From positions 96,001-160,000 of the forward strand of contig CAVTQK010000015.1 of assembly GCA_963736855.1 (NCBI GenBank): a stretch of DNA of 64,000 nt, read 5' to 3'. Numbering within the stretch: the first letter of the stretch is position 1; each line of letters opens with the position of its first letter. Both the position numbers and the translations under genes were made by a program. This stretch comes from an uncultured delta proteobacterium (GTDB lineage Bacteria; Desulfobacterota; Desulfobacteria; Desulfobacterales; UBA2156). Positions 11,365 to 21,522 of this stretch are shown here, piece after piece. Below the pieces are notes generated by a model. The model worked only from the letters and a program-made list of their open reading frames with translations. It searched no databases and was not told the origin of the DNA.

Positions 11365-12414
11365 ATGAACCCAGAAACCAGGATACGACTGACCACCACG
11401 GTTGCCGGTGCGGGTTGAGCTTCCAAACTGGCTCCAGGGGACCTGGACCGGGCATTGTGCGGCTTGAAATTTCCAACCGATCAAAATGTCATCGTGGGTC
11501 TGGATCGTGCCGATGACGCAGGCGTCTACCGGGTGTCGGAGGATCTGGCTCTTATTCAGACGGTGGATTTTTTGACGCCCGTAGTGGACGATCCGTACGC
11601 GTTTGGACAGATCGCTGCGGCCAACGCACTCAGTGATGTCTACGCCATGGGGGGAACGCCGAAGACCGCCATGAACCTGGTGGCGTTTCCGGCCAAGGAC
11701 ATGAGCCTGGAGATATTGCGCAGCATCCTGGAGGGAGGTATCGACAAGATCAAAGAGGCCGATGTGGTGCTGATCGGCGGGCACAGCATTGAGGACAAGG
11801 AGTTGAAATACGGGCTCTCGGTGACGGGTTTCATTCATCCGAACGCGGTGCTGACGAAAAAGAATCTAAAGGCGGGGGATTGCCTGGTACTAACCAAGCC
11901 CATTGGTACGGGGATTATCAACACGGCCATTAAGGCTGCTATGGCGCCGGAAGACCTTGTAAGGGAAGTTACCCGGATCATGGCGACCCTCAACCGGGGA
12001 GCGGCGGAGACCATGAAGGGATTTGATGTTCATGCGTGCACCGACATTACCGGCTTCGGGCTTTTGGGGCACCTGACGGAAATGATGGACGGATCCGGTA
12101 TGCATGTAAAACTCTTTTCAAACCGGGTGCCTGTAATCCAGGAGACGCTCTCTTTTGCCGCCATGGGGCTGATCCCGGGCGGTGCCCATAAGAACCGGGA
12201 ATTTTTTAAAAAAAGAATTGAGTTTTCCGGTTCCGTGGAGCTTGCGCTCCAGGACGTGCTTTTTGACCCTCAGACCTCCGGAGGGCTGTTGATCAGCCTT
12301 GATGCCGCAAAAGGCCCGATACTGGTCGATGATCTCCGAAACGCAAATATTGCTTCCGCCGCGATCATCGGAGAGGTGACTTCAGACGGACGGGAGATTT
12401 TATCGGTCCTTTAA
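11365..12414 (+). CDS. selD: Selenide, water dikinase; selenoprotein with in-frame UGA (Sec) at codon 18, 11416-11418
   Basis: From ATG 11365: MNPETRIRLTTTVAGAG-U-ASKLAPGDL in frame with DDAGVY, QTVDF, NALSDVYAMGG, DITGFGL, DPQTSGGLL. Confidence 0.93.
11428..11451 (+). promoter_or_regulatory. Candidate bacterial SECIS hairpin
   Basis: CTGG-C-TCCAGG-GGA-CCTGGA-CCGG stem-loop starting 10 nt after the in-frame UGA. Confidence 0.7.
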
Positions 12415-12435
12415 ACATTCGATGGGAAAAATGAC

Positions 12436-13032
12436 ATGAAAGAAATCGATGCGCGGGGCCTGGCCTGTCCGGCCCCGGTATTGCAGACCCGTGCCGCGCT
12501 TCAGGAAGCAAAGCCTGCCGCTGTGAAGGTTAGAGTCGACAACACGGCATCCCAGCAAAATGTCAAACGCTTCCTGGAATCCCAGGGCTTCGAGACGGTT
12601 TTGGAAAAACAGGGGGAAGAATATCTTATCATCGGTCGTTCCAAAGAGGCCCCCATGCCCGGAGAGGCGGCTATCGACCGAAAAGAATCCCAAGCGAAAA
12701 AAATCCTAGTCATGTGCGCCGCCGACCGCATGGGTTCAGGTGACGATATTTTAGGAAAGAAATTGATGGTCAATTTCATCCGAACCCTAAAGGAAATGGG
12801 GCCGGATTTGTGGAGGCTGGTCCTGGTAAACAACGGCGTGAAGCTGGCCATCGAAGGATCCGAGGTTCTGGAGGATTTAAAAAGCCTCGAGCAAGATGGG
12901 CTGAAAATCCTGGTTTGCGGAACCTGCCTCAATCATTTCAACCTGTTGGAAAAAAAACGGGTGGGTGAGACCACCAATATGCTGGATATCATCACCGCTA
13001 TGCAGCTGGCCGATAAGGCGATCAACTTATAG
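12436..13032 (+). CDS. yedF: Selenium metabolism protein YedF (TusA/SirA plus DsrE-like domains)
   Basis: IDARGLACPAPV TusA motif, NNGVKL, CGTCL; directly downstream of selD. Confidence 0.88.
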   Translation: MKEIDARGLACPAPVLQTRAALQEAKPAAVKVRVDNTASQQNVKRFLESQGFETVLEKQGEEYLIIGRSKEAPMPGEAAIDRKESQAKKILVMCAADRMGSGDDILGKKLMVNFIRTLKEMGPDLWRLVLVNNGVKLAIEGSEVLEDLKSLEQDGLKILVCGTCLNHFNLLEKKRVGETTNMLDIITAMQLADKAINL

Positions 13033-13211
13033 CCTGTCAACAAGGCCGGCGCCATTCTTGTAACCCGGGCATTTGTTACGACAATTTTCGTTGCATTTTC
13101 CGGAGCATGACTATAATGCTCTTTTCCGTTTTATTTGGTTGCAGCAGCGGCAACAACGGAAAAATGCTTCAGAAGATCAGCGGCATCTGGGAAAGAGGCC
13201 AGGAGGTAGAA

Positions 13212-14729
13212 ATGGAGAGAATCAGACTCACCGGTTTTGGAGAGAATCAGACCACCCGACAACAGAATGCTCGTGGGCGGGGGGAAGAAGCCCCCTTCGA
13301 ATCGCCCTATTTCAGGGAGGCCAACACCCTGACCCTGGATGTGACTTTCATGTTCGACAGCCCTGAAGGGATTTCCATCCACCGGGAGGACATAGAGGAG
13401 ATTAGGCCAAAGGCCCTGGAAGCAAACCGAATGCTCGAGGAAGGGAAGGGTGACATATGTGACGGCGGTATTCCCATGACCGGATGGAAAGACCTGCCGG
13501 AGAAACTTGATAAAAATCACCTGGAAGAGATCGTCACTGTGGCCAGGACCCTGGGCAGCGAGATAGACGCCTTCGTTTCGCTTGGGATCGGCGGTTCCTA
13601 TCTGGGGCTGGAGGCCACCTTCAGGGCTCTTACGCACACCTATTTCAATCAATTGAGCAGAGAAGAGAGGGGGGGTGCGCCTGAAATCTATTTTCTCGGC
13701 CAGAATATGGACCCCGACTATTTCAGGGACACCATGGACATGCTGGAAGGAAAGCGGATCGCAATCAACGTGATCTCAAAGTCGGGCACAACCACGGAGA
13801 CTGCGATTGCCTTCAGGATCATGCAGCAACTCCTGGAAGGGCATCTCGGGAAAAAAGCCGGCCGGTTCATCCTTGTCACCACGGACCGGCAGAAAGGAGC
13901 CCTTCGAAAGCTTGCTGAAAAGAAAGGCTATCGCACATTCGTCGTTCCGGATGATATCGGCGGGAGGTTCTCGGTCCTGTCCGATGTAGGTCTGGTGGGG
14001 CTTGCCATGGCCAACATCGACATTCGCGAGTTTGCGGCGGGATTCAGGAACATGCGGCTTGCCGCCATGAGGGAGGAGTTCTGGCAAAATCCGGCCCTTG
14101 TGCATGCGGGCATGCGATACGCGGCATGGGCCAAGGGAAAAAAGATCGAGGTGGTGGCGACAAATGCTTTCTCCCTGTATCCCGTGGCAAGATGGATGGA
14201 GCAGCTTTTTCCGGAGAGTGAGGGCCACAGAGGGCAAGGATTGTGGGTATCGCCTTCCCTCTATTCCGAAAAGCTCCATGCCAACGGCCAGATGGTACAG
14301 CAGGGGGAACGGAACATCATCGAAACCTTTTTATTCCTGAAGGAGCATGACAACCGTGTGCGGATTCCGCGGGACGGGGAGGACCCGGACGGCCTCAATT
14401 TCCTTGCGGACAGGGGGCTGGACATGAATTACATAAACGCCAAAGTGGTGGAAGGGCCGGCCTATGCCCATTACCAGGGGGGGGTTCCCAACATGACCCT
14501 GGAGATTCCAAGAAGGAACGCTTACAACATCGGACAACTTTACTACATGATGGAGCGATCCGTGGCCATCAGCGGATACCTCCTCGGCCATAATCCGTTT
14601 ATTCAACCCGGGGTGGAGTCATACAAGACCGCCATATTTGCCCTGATCGGAAAGCCGGGGTACGAAGACAAGGCGAAGAAGATGGAAGAAAGTAAAGCAA
14701 AACTTGAAAGGATCAGGATCCATGCTTGA
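13212..14729 (+). CDS. pgi: Glucose-6-phosphate isomerase
   Basis: GIGGSYLG, SKSGTTTE, DIGGRFSV, ESEG, NPFIQPGVE.YK; start at ATG 13212 after AGGAGG. Confidence 0.9.
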   Translation: MERIRLTGFGENQTTRQQNARGRGEEAPFESPYFREANTLTLDVTFMFDSPEGISIHREDIEEIRPKALEANRMLEEGKGDICDGGIPMTGWKDLPEKLDKNHLEEIVTVARTLGSEIDAFVSLGIGGSYLGLEATFRALTHTYFNQLSREERGGAPEIYFLGQNMDPDYFRDTMDMLEGKRIAINVISKSGTTTETAIAFRIMQQLLEGHLGKKAGRFILVTTDRQKGALRKLAEKKGYRTFVVPDDIGGRFSVLSDVGLVGLAMANIDIREFAAGFRNMRLAAMREEFWQNPALVHAGMRYAAWAKGKKIEVVATNAFSLYPVARWMEQLFPESEGHRGQGLWVSPSLYSEKLHANGQMVQQGERNIIETFLFLKEHDNRVRIPRDGEDPDGLNFLADRGLDMNYINAKVVEGPAYAHYQGGVPNMTLEIPRRNAYNIGQLYYMMERSVAISGYLLGHNPFIQPGVESYKTAIFALIGKPGYEDKAKKMEESKAKLERIRIHA

Positions 14730-14886
14730 CAGCCGGAAGCCCGAACGACTTCGGGCCGATACCTGCAGCAGTCGGGGAAAGCGCCAGCCTTAGAGGACAA
14801 TGCATACCAGAAGGCGCACGGTGCGGCAAAAGGCCGGAGGGTTTCGTTTATAAACGAGGACTCGGTTCCGGCCGTGGCCGAAACAT

Positions 14887-15957
14887 TTACACATTGAACC
14901 GGAAATGGACGATTTCCCCGTCTTGGACCATATATTCTTTCCCTTCAAGCCTCAGGGTGCCGTGCCCCTTGCAGGCTGAAAGCGAACCGGCTGTTTGAAA
15001 ATCCTTGAAGGACACGACCTCGGCACGAATGAACCCGCGTTCGATATCGGAGTGAATTTTTCCGGCCGCCCTTTGAGCATTGGCACCGCACCGGAGGGTC
15101 CATGCTTTGACTTCATCTTCTCCGACCGTGAAAAAGCTGATCAGATTCAGCATACGAAAGGCCGCCTGGATCAGGCGATCTTTGGCCGGTGCCTGAAGAC
15201 CATAATCCTTAAGAAAGTCAGCCTGTTCTCCCGGATCCAAACGACTGATTTCAGCTTCCAGGGTGGTGCATAGAGGCAGGCATTCCACTCCGATTTCCCG
15301 ACACCGCTCCTTCAGCGGCTCAAGCCCTAACCCCTTCAGATTGTCCTCTGCCACATTTGCAACCACGATCAGGGGTTTTCGGGAAACAAAAGAATAAGGC
15401 TGAGCCATCGCCTCCTCTTCCGCTATGAAATCCATTCCCAGAAGAGGGCGGCCTGACTCCAATTGCGATTGGCAGCGGTCCAACCATCTGGATTCAAGGA
15501 GCGAGAGGGTTTTCCCGGCTCGTTTTTCTTTTTCCGCTTTTTGTCGGCGGCGTTCGATCCGCTCCAAATCCGCCAGCACCAAATCGAGCAGGAGCGTCTC
15601 CATTTGGGCCGACGGATCGACCGGCTTTCCCGCATAATCCGTTTCGCCGAATGCCTGAACCACCATTACGAATGCATCGGCTTCGGCTGTGAAAGAACCG
15701 CCGTTTCGGTTTTTCTGCCGGAGTTCCGGATCCACAAAGACGATTTCCGCCGGTGCAAATTTTTTAGGGTTGTAGATATCGTACAGTTGATTAAGCCGGG
15801 GATCCGGGACGTTGGCCGAACCGATCCGGACCTCCCCTTTGTGCACAAAGGACGGGCCGTCGGGGGTTTCCGTCAACGCATCGAAAAGGATGGATTTTCC
15901 GGAGCCCGCCGCGCCGATGAGATGTAAAGACAGCGATGCCATTTTGTTTTTCCCCAA
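14887..15957 (-). CDS. YchF-like Obg-family ATPase (DUF933 C-terminus) with divergent G-domain
   Basis: C-terminal SFFTVGEDEVKAWT, AAGKIHSD.ERGFIRAEV, RLEGKEY.VQDG..HFRFNV; P-loop GAAGSGKS. Confidence 0.85.
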   Translation of the reverse strand: MGKNKMASLSLHLIGAAGSGKSILFDALTETPDGPSFVHKGEVRIGSANVPDPRLNQLYDIYNPKKFAPAEIVFVDPELRQKNRNGGSFTAEADAFVMVVQAFGETDYAGKPVDPSAQMETLLLDLVLADLERIERRRQKAEKEKRAGKTLSLLESRWLDRCQSQLESGRPLLGMDFIAEEEAMAQPYSFVSRKPLIVVANVAEDNLKGLGLEPLKERCREIGVECLPLCTTLEAEISRLDPGEQADFLKDYGLQAPAKDRLIQAAFRMLNLISFFTVGEDEVKAWTLRCGANAQRAAGKIHSDIERGFIRAEVVSFKDFQTAGSLSACKGHGTLRLEGKEYMVQDGEIVHFRFNV

Positions 15958-16238
15958 TTTTGAAAAAAACGAAACATAGGCATCTTTATGCCGAACGTCA
16001 ACCGGAAAAGGTATCCTGAGAATAGATCAACGGTTTGAACCTGATCCAAAGACCACGGCATGCCGCTGGATACCGATATCCGTTCGGAGAAAAACAGACT
16101 GTATAAAGACACGCCCCAAACCGGTCCAGGGCGACGTGGCAGCTTTGATCCAGCCCAAACCGTTGCGTGGGACAATTCAGCACGACAGTGGCCTGCGTGC
16201 GGATCCACCTTTTTTGTTGTAAAGAATAAACATTTTAG

Positions 16239-16267
16239 TTGACCAGTGGGGCGAATGGCATTATGTT
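16239..16267 (+). promoter_or_regulatory. Candidate sigma70 promoter upstream of the cold-shock gene
   Basis: TTGACC-17 bp-TATGTT. Confidence 0.5.
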
Positions 16268-16349
16268 ACAAAATAAGCATCGACAGGACTCCCTAGCGAT
16301 CCGGGTGCTTTAAAGGCTGGATGAAAACATTTTGTAAAGTATGGTATAG

Positions 16350-16383
16350 CCACCACACCCTCCAAAGTGTGGTGGTTTTTTTT
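16350..16383 (+). terminator. Terminator-like hairpin inside the csp leader
   Basis: CCACCACAC-cctccaaa-GTGTGGTGG followed by T8. Confidence 0.6.
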
Positions 16384-16435
16384 GCTGTCGTTGTAGTCCG
16401 CCCTTTTAAAAATATAGGAAAGGAGGATGAAAACG

Positions 16436-16636
16436 ATGATGCAAGGTAAAGTTAAATGGTTTAACGAGCGCAAAGGCTTCGGCTTTATCGAAGCTGACAG
16501 CGGAAGCGATGTGTTTGTGCATTTCAGCGCAATCCAGGATAGCGGCTTCAAAACCCTGCAAGAGGGCCAGTCTGTCAGTTTTGAATTAGAGAACGGGCCG
16601 AAGGGCCCGTCAGCAGCCAATGTAAAGGCTATGTAG
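16436..16636 (+). CDS. Cold-shock protein (CspA family)
   Basis: [31 protein letters not shown]; start 16436 is best spaced from AGGAGG. Confidence 0.95.
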   Translation: MMQGKVKWFNERKGFGFIEADSGSDVFVHFSAIQDSGFKTLQEGQSVSFELENGPKGPSAANVKAM

Positions 16637-16789
16637 ACCTACCGTTTGAAACGGCGCTCCGGCCCCTTCAGTCGGCGGAGCGCCCTATCTTCCCTTGATA
16701 TCCGGACGCTCAGTCGTTGATGTTTCGGTCTCTTGTAAAAACTTCACGCCTCGAAGACTCGGATAAATGCCTTAGGAAAGGATCCATCA

Positions 16790-17122
16790 ATGAATAAGAA
16801 GCTTTATATCGGGAACCTGTCAGACGAAGTCACGGAACAGGACCTGAACCATAATTTTTCAACAGTCGGCAAAGTCGTTTCGGTGGCAATTATTAAAGAC
16901 CGGTATACCAACCGAACCAAAGGCTTCGGGTTTGTGGAAATGGAAACCGAGGAGGATGCCCGAAAAGCCATTGAGCAATTCAACGGCGGAGATCTTAGGG
17001 GCAAGATTATTGCCGTCAGCGAAGCCAGAGAAAAGAAGGAACGGGAAGGCGGTTCCGGCAGAGGCGGTCGCCCGGGATCAGGATTTTCCCGAGACCTCGG
17101 CCGAAGGGACAGGAGGCACTAA
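16790..17122 (+). CDS. RRM RNA-binding protein with Gly/Arg-rich tail
   Basis: RNP2 LYIGNL and RNP1 KGFGFVEM. Confidence 0.93.
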   Translation: MNKKLYIGNLSDEVTEQDLNHNFSTVGKVVSVAIIKDRYTNRTKGFGFVEMETEEDARKAIEQFNGGDLRGKIIAVSEAREKKEREGGSGRGGRPGSGFSRDLGRRDRRH

Positions 17123-17399
17123 TGGCAGCGAGGCATCAATTGAAATTGAATTGATAAGAAGTTGCTTTTTTGCGGACTTATTAAACGTGAGGACGAATTG
17201 TGTTTTAGCGGCATCTGCACCCCAAGATATGGGAACGCGCATTGGTCATGGCGTATGGGTTTTCAATTATCCAAAGTTGGCTGGGCTGTCAATCGCAATG
17301 TTATCGGCAGAAGGCCATTATTTTGGTCGATTTGGACATAGGTCAGCGGGTCAGCGTCGACCGGCTTTTTAGAAGTAAGCATCCATGGGATAGATCGGG

Positions 17400-18165
17400 T
17401 CGGCGACGTAATCCTCGGCGGAAGGCTGGAAGGTATCGTCGTATGTCGGTGATTCAATCCTCGGCGGGGCATGGGCGATAGGTCTTGGCGGTTTTTAAAT
17501 GCGATCACTCGCATTTTTCCCTGGCATTTTGGGCAGGTCAGGGGGTCAACTTCATACACTTTCTGGATCAGTCGAGACCAGTTTTTCCGGAACTGAGCAT
17601 CGGTCAGCCTCCGGTTGGAGCAGGCAGGGGATGATTTCAGGCATCCCTGATTTTTTGCGCCAACCGCGGGATGCGTTGCTGTAGTATCCATAGTAACGCA
17701 CCATCTGCTCCCCTTTGTTCGGAACATGGCTGGTCATGGCAGCCAGCCACTCCAGAGCGTCAAACACGCGGGTGGCACGGCTGTCTTTGGATTGATAGAT
17801 CACAGACCCGGCTTCCGGAACGTAGGTCATCCGTTCCTGGGAGAAGGATGCCCGAATAATATATCGGGCCAGGTTTTCCATGGACGTCTTTTTCCATGGA
17901 AGGATCCTTTGGCCGCAATAGACGTTGAACCCGGTATGACGCCATTGATCCAGGAGGGCAATCATGTCTTTTGTGATCTTGCCTTTTTCCAAAAGCATTT
18001 TGAGCATATAATGTCTGAAGAGGCGTCCCAGGATCCGGCAGTCGATGCCGGGCGACACAGTGAGCATGCCGCAATCCAGATATCGATAGATCACTTCTTT
18101 GATATACGGGCGAAAAAAGCCATATCGCTGTTCAAATCGATCTTCATAGATGCCTTCGAAGCCGA
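17400..18165 (-). pseudogene. IS91-family transposase relic (internally deleted and frameshifted); ends approximate
   Basis: YEDRFEQRYGFFRPY..EV.YRYLDCG, WRHTGFNV, LARYIIRA, VRYYGYYSN, then W.RLIQKVYEVDPL.CPKC in another frame. Confidence 0.8.
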
Positions 18166-18432
18166 ACCTCGAAATGGTTCAGCCTCCACGCATTGGTAAC
18201 ATGGAGAATTCTGAGGTCTTCGCGAGATCGGTAAACGGCTTCGGACACGGATATGGGCCGGTGCGGCCCGGCTCGATGATCGGCGGTATTCCGAAATTTG
18301 GCAAGCACGGACAAAAATTGTCTGTCCATGGGCGACCTCCGGATATAATGGTGCCTGCGGTTGACGGTCAAAAGGTACGGGATGGATCTTCAGAAAAGGG
18401 TGGGATCAAAGAGTCTGAACGGATCCCCGAGG

Positions 18433-19128
18433 TCATCGGATGATGCAGGATTGTACATTCGGGGCGGCGATCGCCAACAGACGGCCCATGCCCTCCTGAT
18501 CGAATCCCGGGGTTGTGTCTTTGAAGAATTCGGGGGTTAAAAGATGGTCGGGCTGAAAATGCTGGAGAGCATAAAGCCTTGCCCCTTCAATGATCTGAGA
18601 GATTCGCTTCATGGTCGGTTCGTCAACAAACGGTTTTACACAGGTGGTCCTGAATTCATAGGAGATGGAGGACCCCATAATCAGGCGAATACTTTCAAGG
18701 AGGTCATGGGCCGGATCATTGTACGAAATTGCAGGGGCATAATGGTGCGGATCGGTCTTGATGTCCATGGCGATATAATCCGCAAGCCCGGCCTCCAGGA
18801 TCGTTTTCAGGACTTGGGGTTGACTGCCGTTGGTATCGAGTTTCACCGAAAAACCGAGGGTCTTGATCTGTCGGCACACCTGGGTAAGATCCTTTTGAAG
18901 GGTCGGCTCTCCCCCGGAGAGAACCACGCCGTCGAGCAAGCCTTTCCGCTTTTTAAGAAACGCGTACAGGTCTTCTTCTTCAAAGAGGCCCTGAACCGGT
19001 TTTTCCTTGACCAGATCCGGGTTGTGACAATACGGGCAATGAAAGTTACACCCCAATGTAAACACGACGCAGCTCACCTGGCCGGGGTAATCGATGAGGG
19101 AGGTATTTTGAATGCCGCCGAAACGCAT
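18433..19128 (-). CDS. nrdG: Anaerobic ribonucleotide reductase activating radical-SAM enzyme
   Basis: CNFHCPYCHN, SGGEPT, KLDTNG; adjacent to nrdD. Confidence 0.92.
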   Translation of the reverse strand: MRFGGIQNTSLIDYPGQVSCVVFTLGCNFHCPYCHNPDLVKEKPVQGLFEEEDLYAFLKKRKGLLDGVVLSGGEPTLQKDLTQVCRQIKTLGFSVKLDTNGSQPQVLKTILEAGLADYIAMDIKTDPHHYAPAISYNDPAHDLLESIRLIMGSSISYEFRTTCVKPFVDEPTMKRISQIIEGARLYALQHFQPDHLLTPEFFKDTTPGFDQEGMGRLLAIAAPNVQSCIIR

Positions 19129-19147
19129 CGGCCGATTTTAAGCTTTC

Positions 19148-21238
19148 TCAGGCCACCTTAAATGTCTGGCGCATGTGGTACTCGGCCTGCTTCCCTTCGT
19201 TCCACTGCTTGATGGGCCTTAAGTATCCCACCACTCTGGAATAAATCTCAGTTTCCTGGCTGCAGGCGTGGCAGTGGGGATGTTCCCCGGAGAGATACCC
19301 ATGAGAGGGACACACGGAAAAAGTCGGTGTCAAGGTAAAATAGGGAAGCCGGTAGTTGGTAGCGATCTTCTTAACGAGTCTTTTGACGGCGCCGGTATTG
19401 GAAATTTGTTCCCCTAAAAAGATGTGCAGGACCGTTCCTCCGGTATACTTGGTTTGAAGCGGATCCTGCAGCGTCAGGGTTTCAAAGACGTCGTCCGTGA
19501 AATTGACCGGAAGGTGTGTGGAGTTGGTGTAGTAAGGGGCGGCACCGCCTTGTAACTCTTTTTCATTGGCGCACACAATGTCGGGAGATCGCTTTTTATC
19601 GATCATGGCCAGCCGGTAAGAGGTCCCTTCGGCAGGGGTTGCTTCTACATTGAAGATGTCGCCGGTTTCTTCCTGGACCTGGACGATACGATCCCGAATG
19701 AAGTCGAGAGTCTCAAGGGCAAAGGCCTGGCCTTCCCGGCCGGCGATGTTTTGCCCCAAAAGGTTCAGACACGCCTCGTTCATCCCGATGATGCCGATGG
19801 TGGAGAAATGATTTTTCCAGAACATACCGGCATGTCGCTTGATTTCTCTTAGATAGAACCTGGAGTAAGGGTAGAGATTTTCCTCGGTGAATTTTTCAAG
19901 CACCTTGCGCTTGATGGTGAGGCTTTCCACCGCAAGGCCGATAAGCTTGTTGAGCCTGTCCCAGAATTCACTTTTATCCGTGGACAAATATCCGAGGCGC
20001 GGCAGGTTGAGGGTTACTACGCCGATGGAACCAGTGAGTGGATTGGCTCCAAAAAGGCCTCCCCCTCTTTTCAGGAGTTCCCGGTTGTCCAATCGAAGTC
20101 GACAGCACATGGATCGGGCATCTTCCGGGGACATATCCGAGTTTACGAAATTGGAGAAATAGGGGATGCCGTATTTTCCGGTCATCTTCCAGATGGTTTC
20201 CAGGCTGGGGTTTTCCCAGTCGAAATCCTTGGTGATGTTGTAGGTGGGGATGGGGAACGTGAAAACCCTCCCTTTGGCGTCTCCTTCCATCATGATCTCG
20301 GCAAAGGCCCGGTTGATCAGGTCCATTTCAGGCTGGAATTCGGAATAAGTCTCGGCGCGAAACCGGCCCCCAATAATGACCGGATGATCCTTGAGGGTAA
20401 TGGGAACATGAAGATCAAGGGTGATGTTGGTGAAAGGCGTCTGGAATCCGACACGGGTGGGGATGTTGATGTTGAACACAAACTCCTGAATGGCCTGCTT
20501 GATTTCTTTGTACCCCAGATGATCGTAACGGACGAAGGGAGCCAAAAGGGTGTCGAAGTTGGAGATAGCCTGGGCGCCCGCAGCTTCTCCCTGAAGGGTA
20601 TAAAAAAAATTGACGATCTGACCCAGGGCCGATCGAAGATGCTTCGGCGCAGCGCTTTCCACCTTTCCTTCAACCCCCTTGAAGCCCTGGATGAGGAGGT
20701 CTTTGAGATCCCATCCGACACAGTAAACCGACAGCAGGCTCAGATCGTGAATGTGAAAATCTCCATTTGAATGGGCGGCTCGGATGTTGGGCGGATAGAT
20801 CTTGTTGAGCCAGTAATCGGAGGTGATGTCGGAGGAAATGTAATTGTTCAGACCCTGCAGGGAATAGCTCATGTTGCTGTTTTCTTTGATCTTCCAATCC
20901 TGCCTCTGGATGTAATGGTCGACCAGATCCACATTGGCCCGGGTGGCCATGCGTCGGATCTGGGCGTGCTGCTCCCGGTAGATGATATAGGCCTTGGCGG
21001 TTTTGAGGTAGGGGGAATCCAGGAGGACTCTTTCGACGATATCCTGGATTTCTTCCACTTCGGGCATAGGCCCCAGACGAAGCTCATGGGCCAGGGTGAG
21101 TACACGGAGGGTCAATTTTTTGGCTTCACGCTCACCGAATTCTCCGGTGGCGTTGCCGGCTTTGGCAATGGCGGAGGTGATCTTTTGAGCGTCAAATTCC
21201 GCAATCCGACCGTCTCGTTTCTTGATCTGTTCGAACAC
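19148..21238 (-). CDS. nrdD: Class III (anaerobic) ribonucleoside-triphosphate reductase with ATP cone
   Basis: N-terminal KKRDG ATP cone, SMCCRL, EATPAEG, glycyl-radical motif YSRVVGYLRP. Confidence 0.95.
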   Translation of the reverse strand: MFEQIKKRDGRIAEFDAQKITSAIAKAGNATGEFGEREAKKLTLRVLTLAHELRLGPMPEVEEIQDIVERVLLDSPYLKTAKAYIIYREQHAQIRRMATRANVDLVDHYIQRQDWKIKENSNMSYSLQGLNNYISSDITSDYWLNKIYPPNIRAAHSNGDFHIHDLSLLSVYCVGWDLKDLLIQGFKGVEGKVESAAPKHLRSALGQIVNFFYTLQGEAAGAQAISNFDTLLAPFVRYDHLGYKEIKQAIQEFVFNINIPTRVGFQTPFTNITLDLHVPITLKDHPVIIGGRFRAETYSEFQPEMDLINRAFAEIMMEGDAKGRVFTFPIPTYNITKDFDWENPSLETIWKMTGKYGIPYFSNFVNSDMSPEDARSMCCRLRLDNRELLKRGGGLFGANPLTGSIGVVTLNLPRLGYLSTDKSEFWDRLNKLIGLAVESLTIKRKVLEKFTEENLYPYSRFYLREIKRHAGMFWKNHFSTIGIIGMNEACLNLLGQNIAGREGQAFALETLDFIRDRIVQVQEETGDIFNVEATPAEGTSYRLAMIDKKRSPDIVCANEKELQGGAAPYYTNSTHLPVNFTDDVFETLTLQDPLQTKYTGGTVLHIFLGEQISNTGAVKRLVKKIATNYRLPYFTLTPTFSVCPSHGYLSGEHPHCHACSQETEIYSRVVGYLRPIKQWNEGKQAEYHMRQTFKVA

Positions 21239-21420
21239 CTGGCACCTCTCTAATTGATATCAGCGATAAAAAACAATTTTAGCAAATTAGGTGCTGTTTC
21301 CGGGTTTTGTTTTTTGGGTTTTAAACTTGAAGTGAAAATCAGGCGGCGCCGGGAAAAAACGGAAATGTCGCCTTCAGGATCCGGCGTCGTCGCGCCATTC
21401 CGTCATGAGATTGCCGAATA

Positions 21421-21466
21421 GCACAACATGTTGAGCTCTGTCAAATGAAATTTCAACATATTGGGT
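21421..21466 (-). promoter_or_regulatory. Tandem NrdR-box-like operators
   Basis: GCTCAACATGTTGTGC and ACCCAATATGTTGAAA (minus strand), 30 bp apart, upstream of nrdD. Confidence 0.6.
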
Positions 21467-21522
21467 TTTACGGCACAAACTCCATAAAATTTTGGGGCGC
21501 TTGGGAGAGTTTTCATTTTTTT

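Noticed and set aside
13107..13211. Lipoprotein-like N-terminal extension of pgi (LFGC)
   Set aside because: A strong AGGAGG precedes ATG 13212 and Pgi is cytoplasmic; the upstream in-frame stretch is probably incidental.
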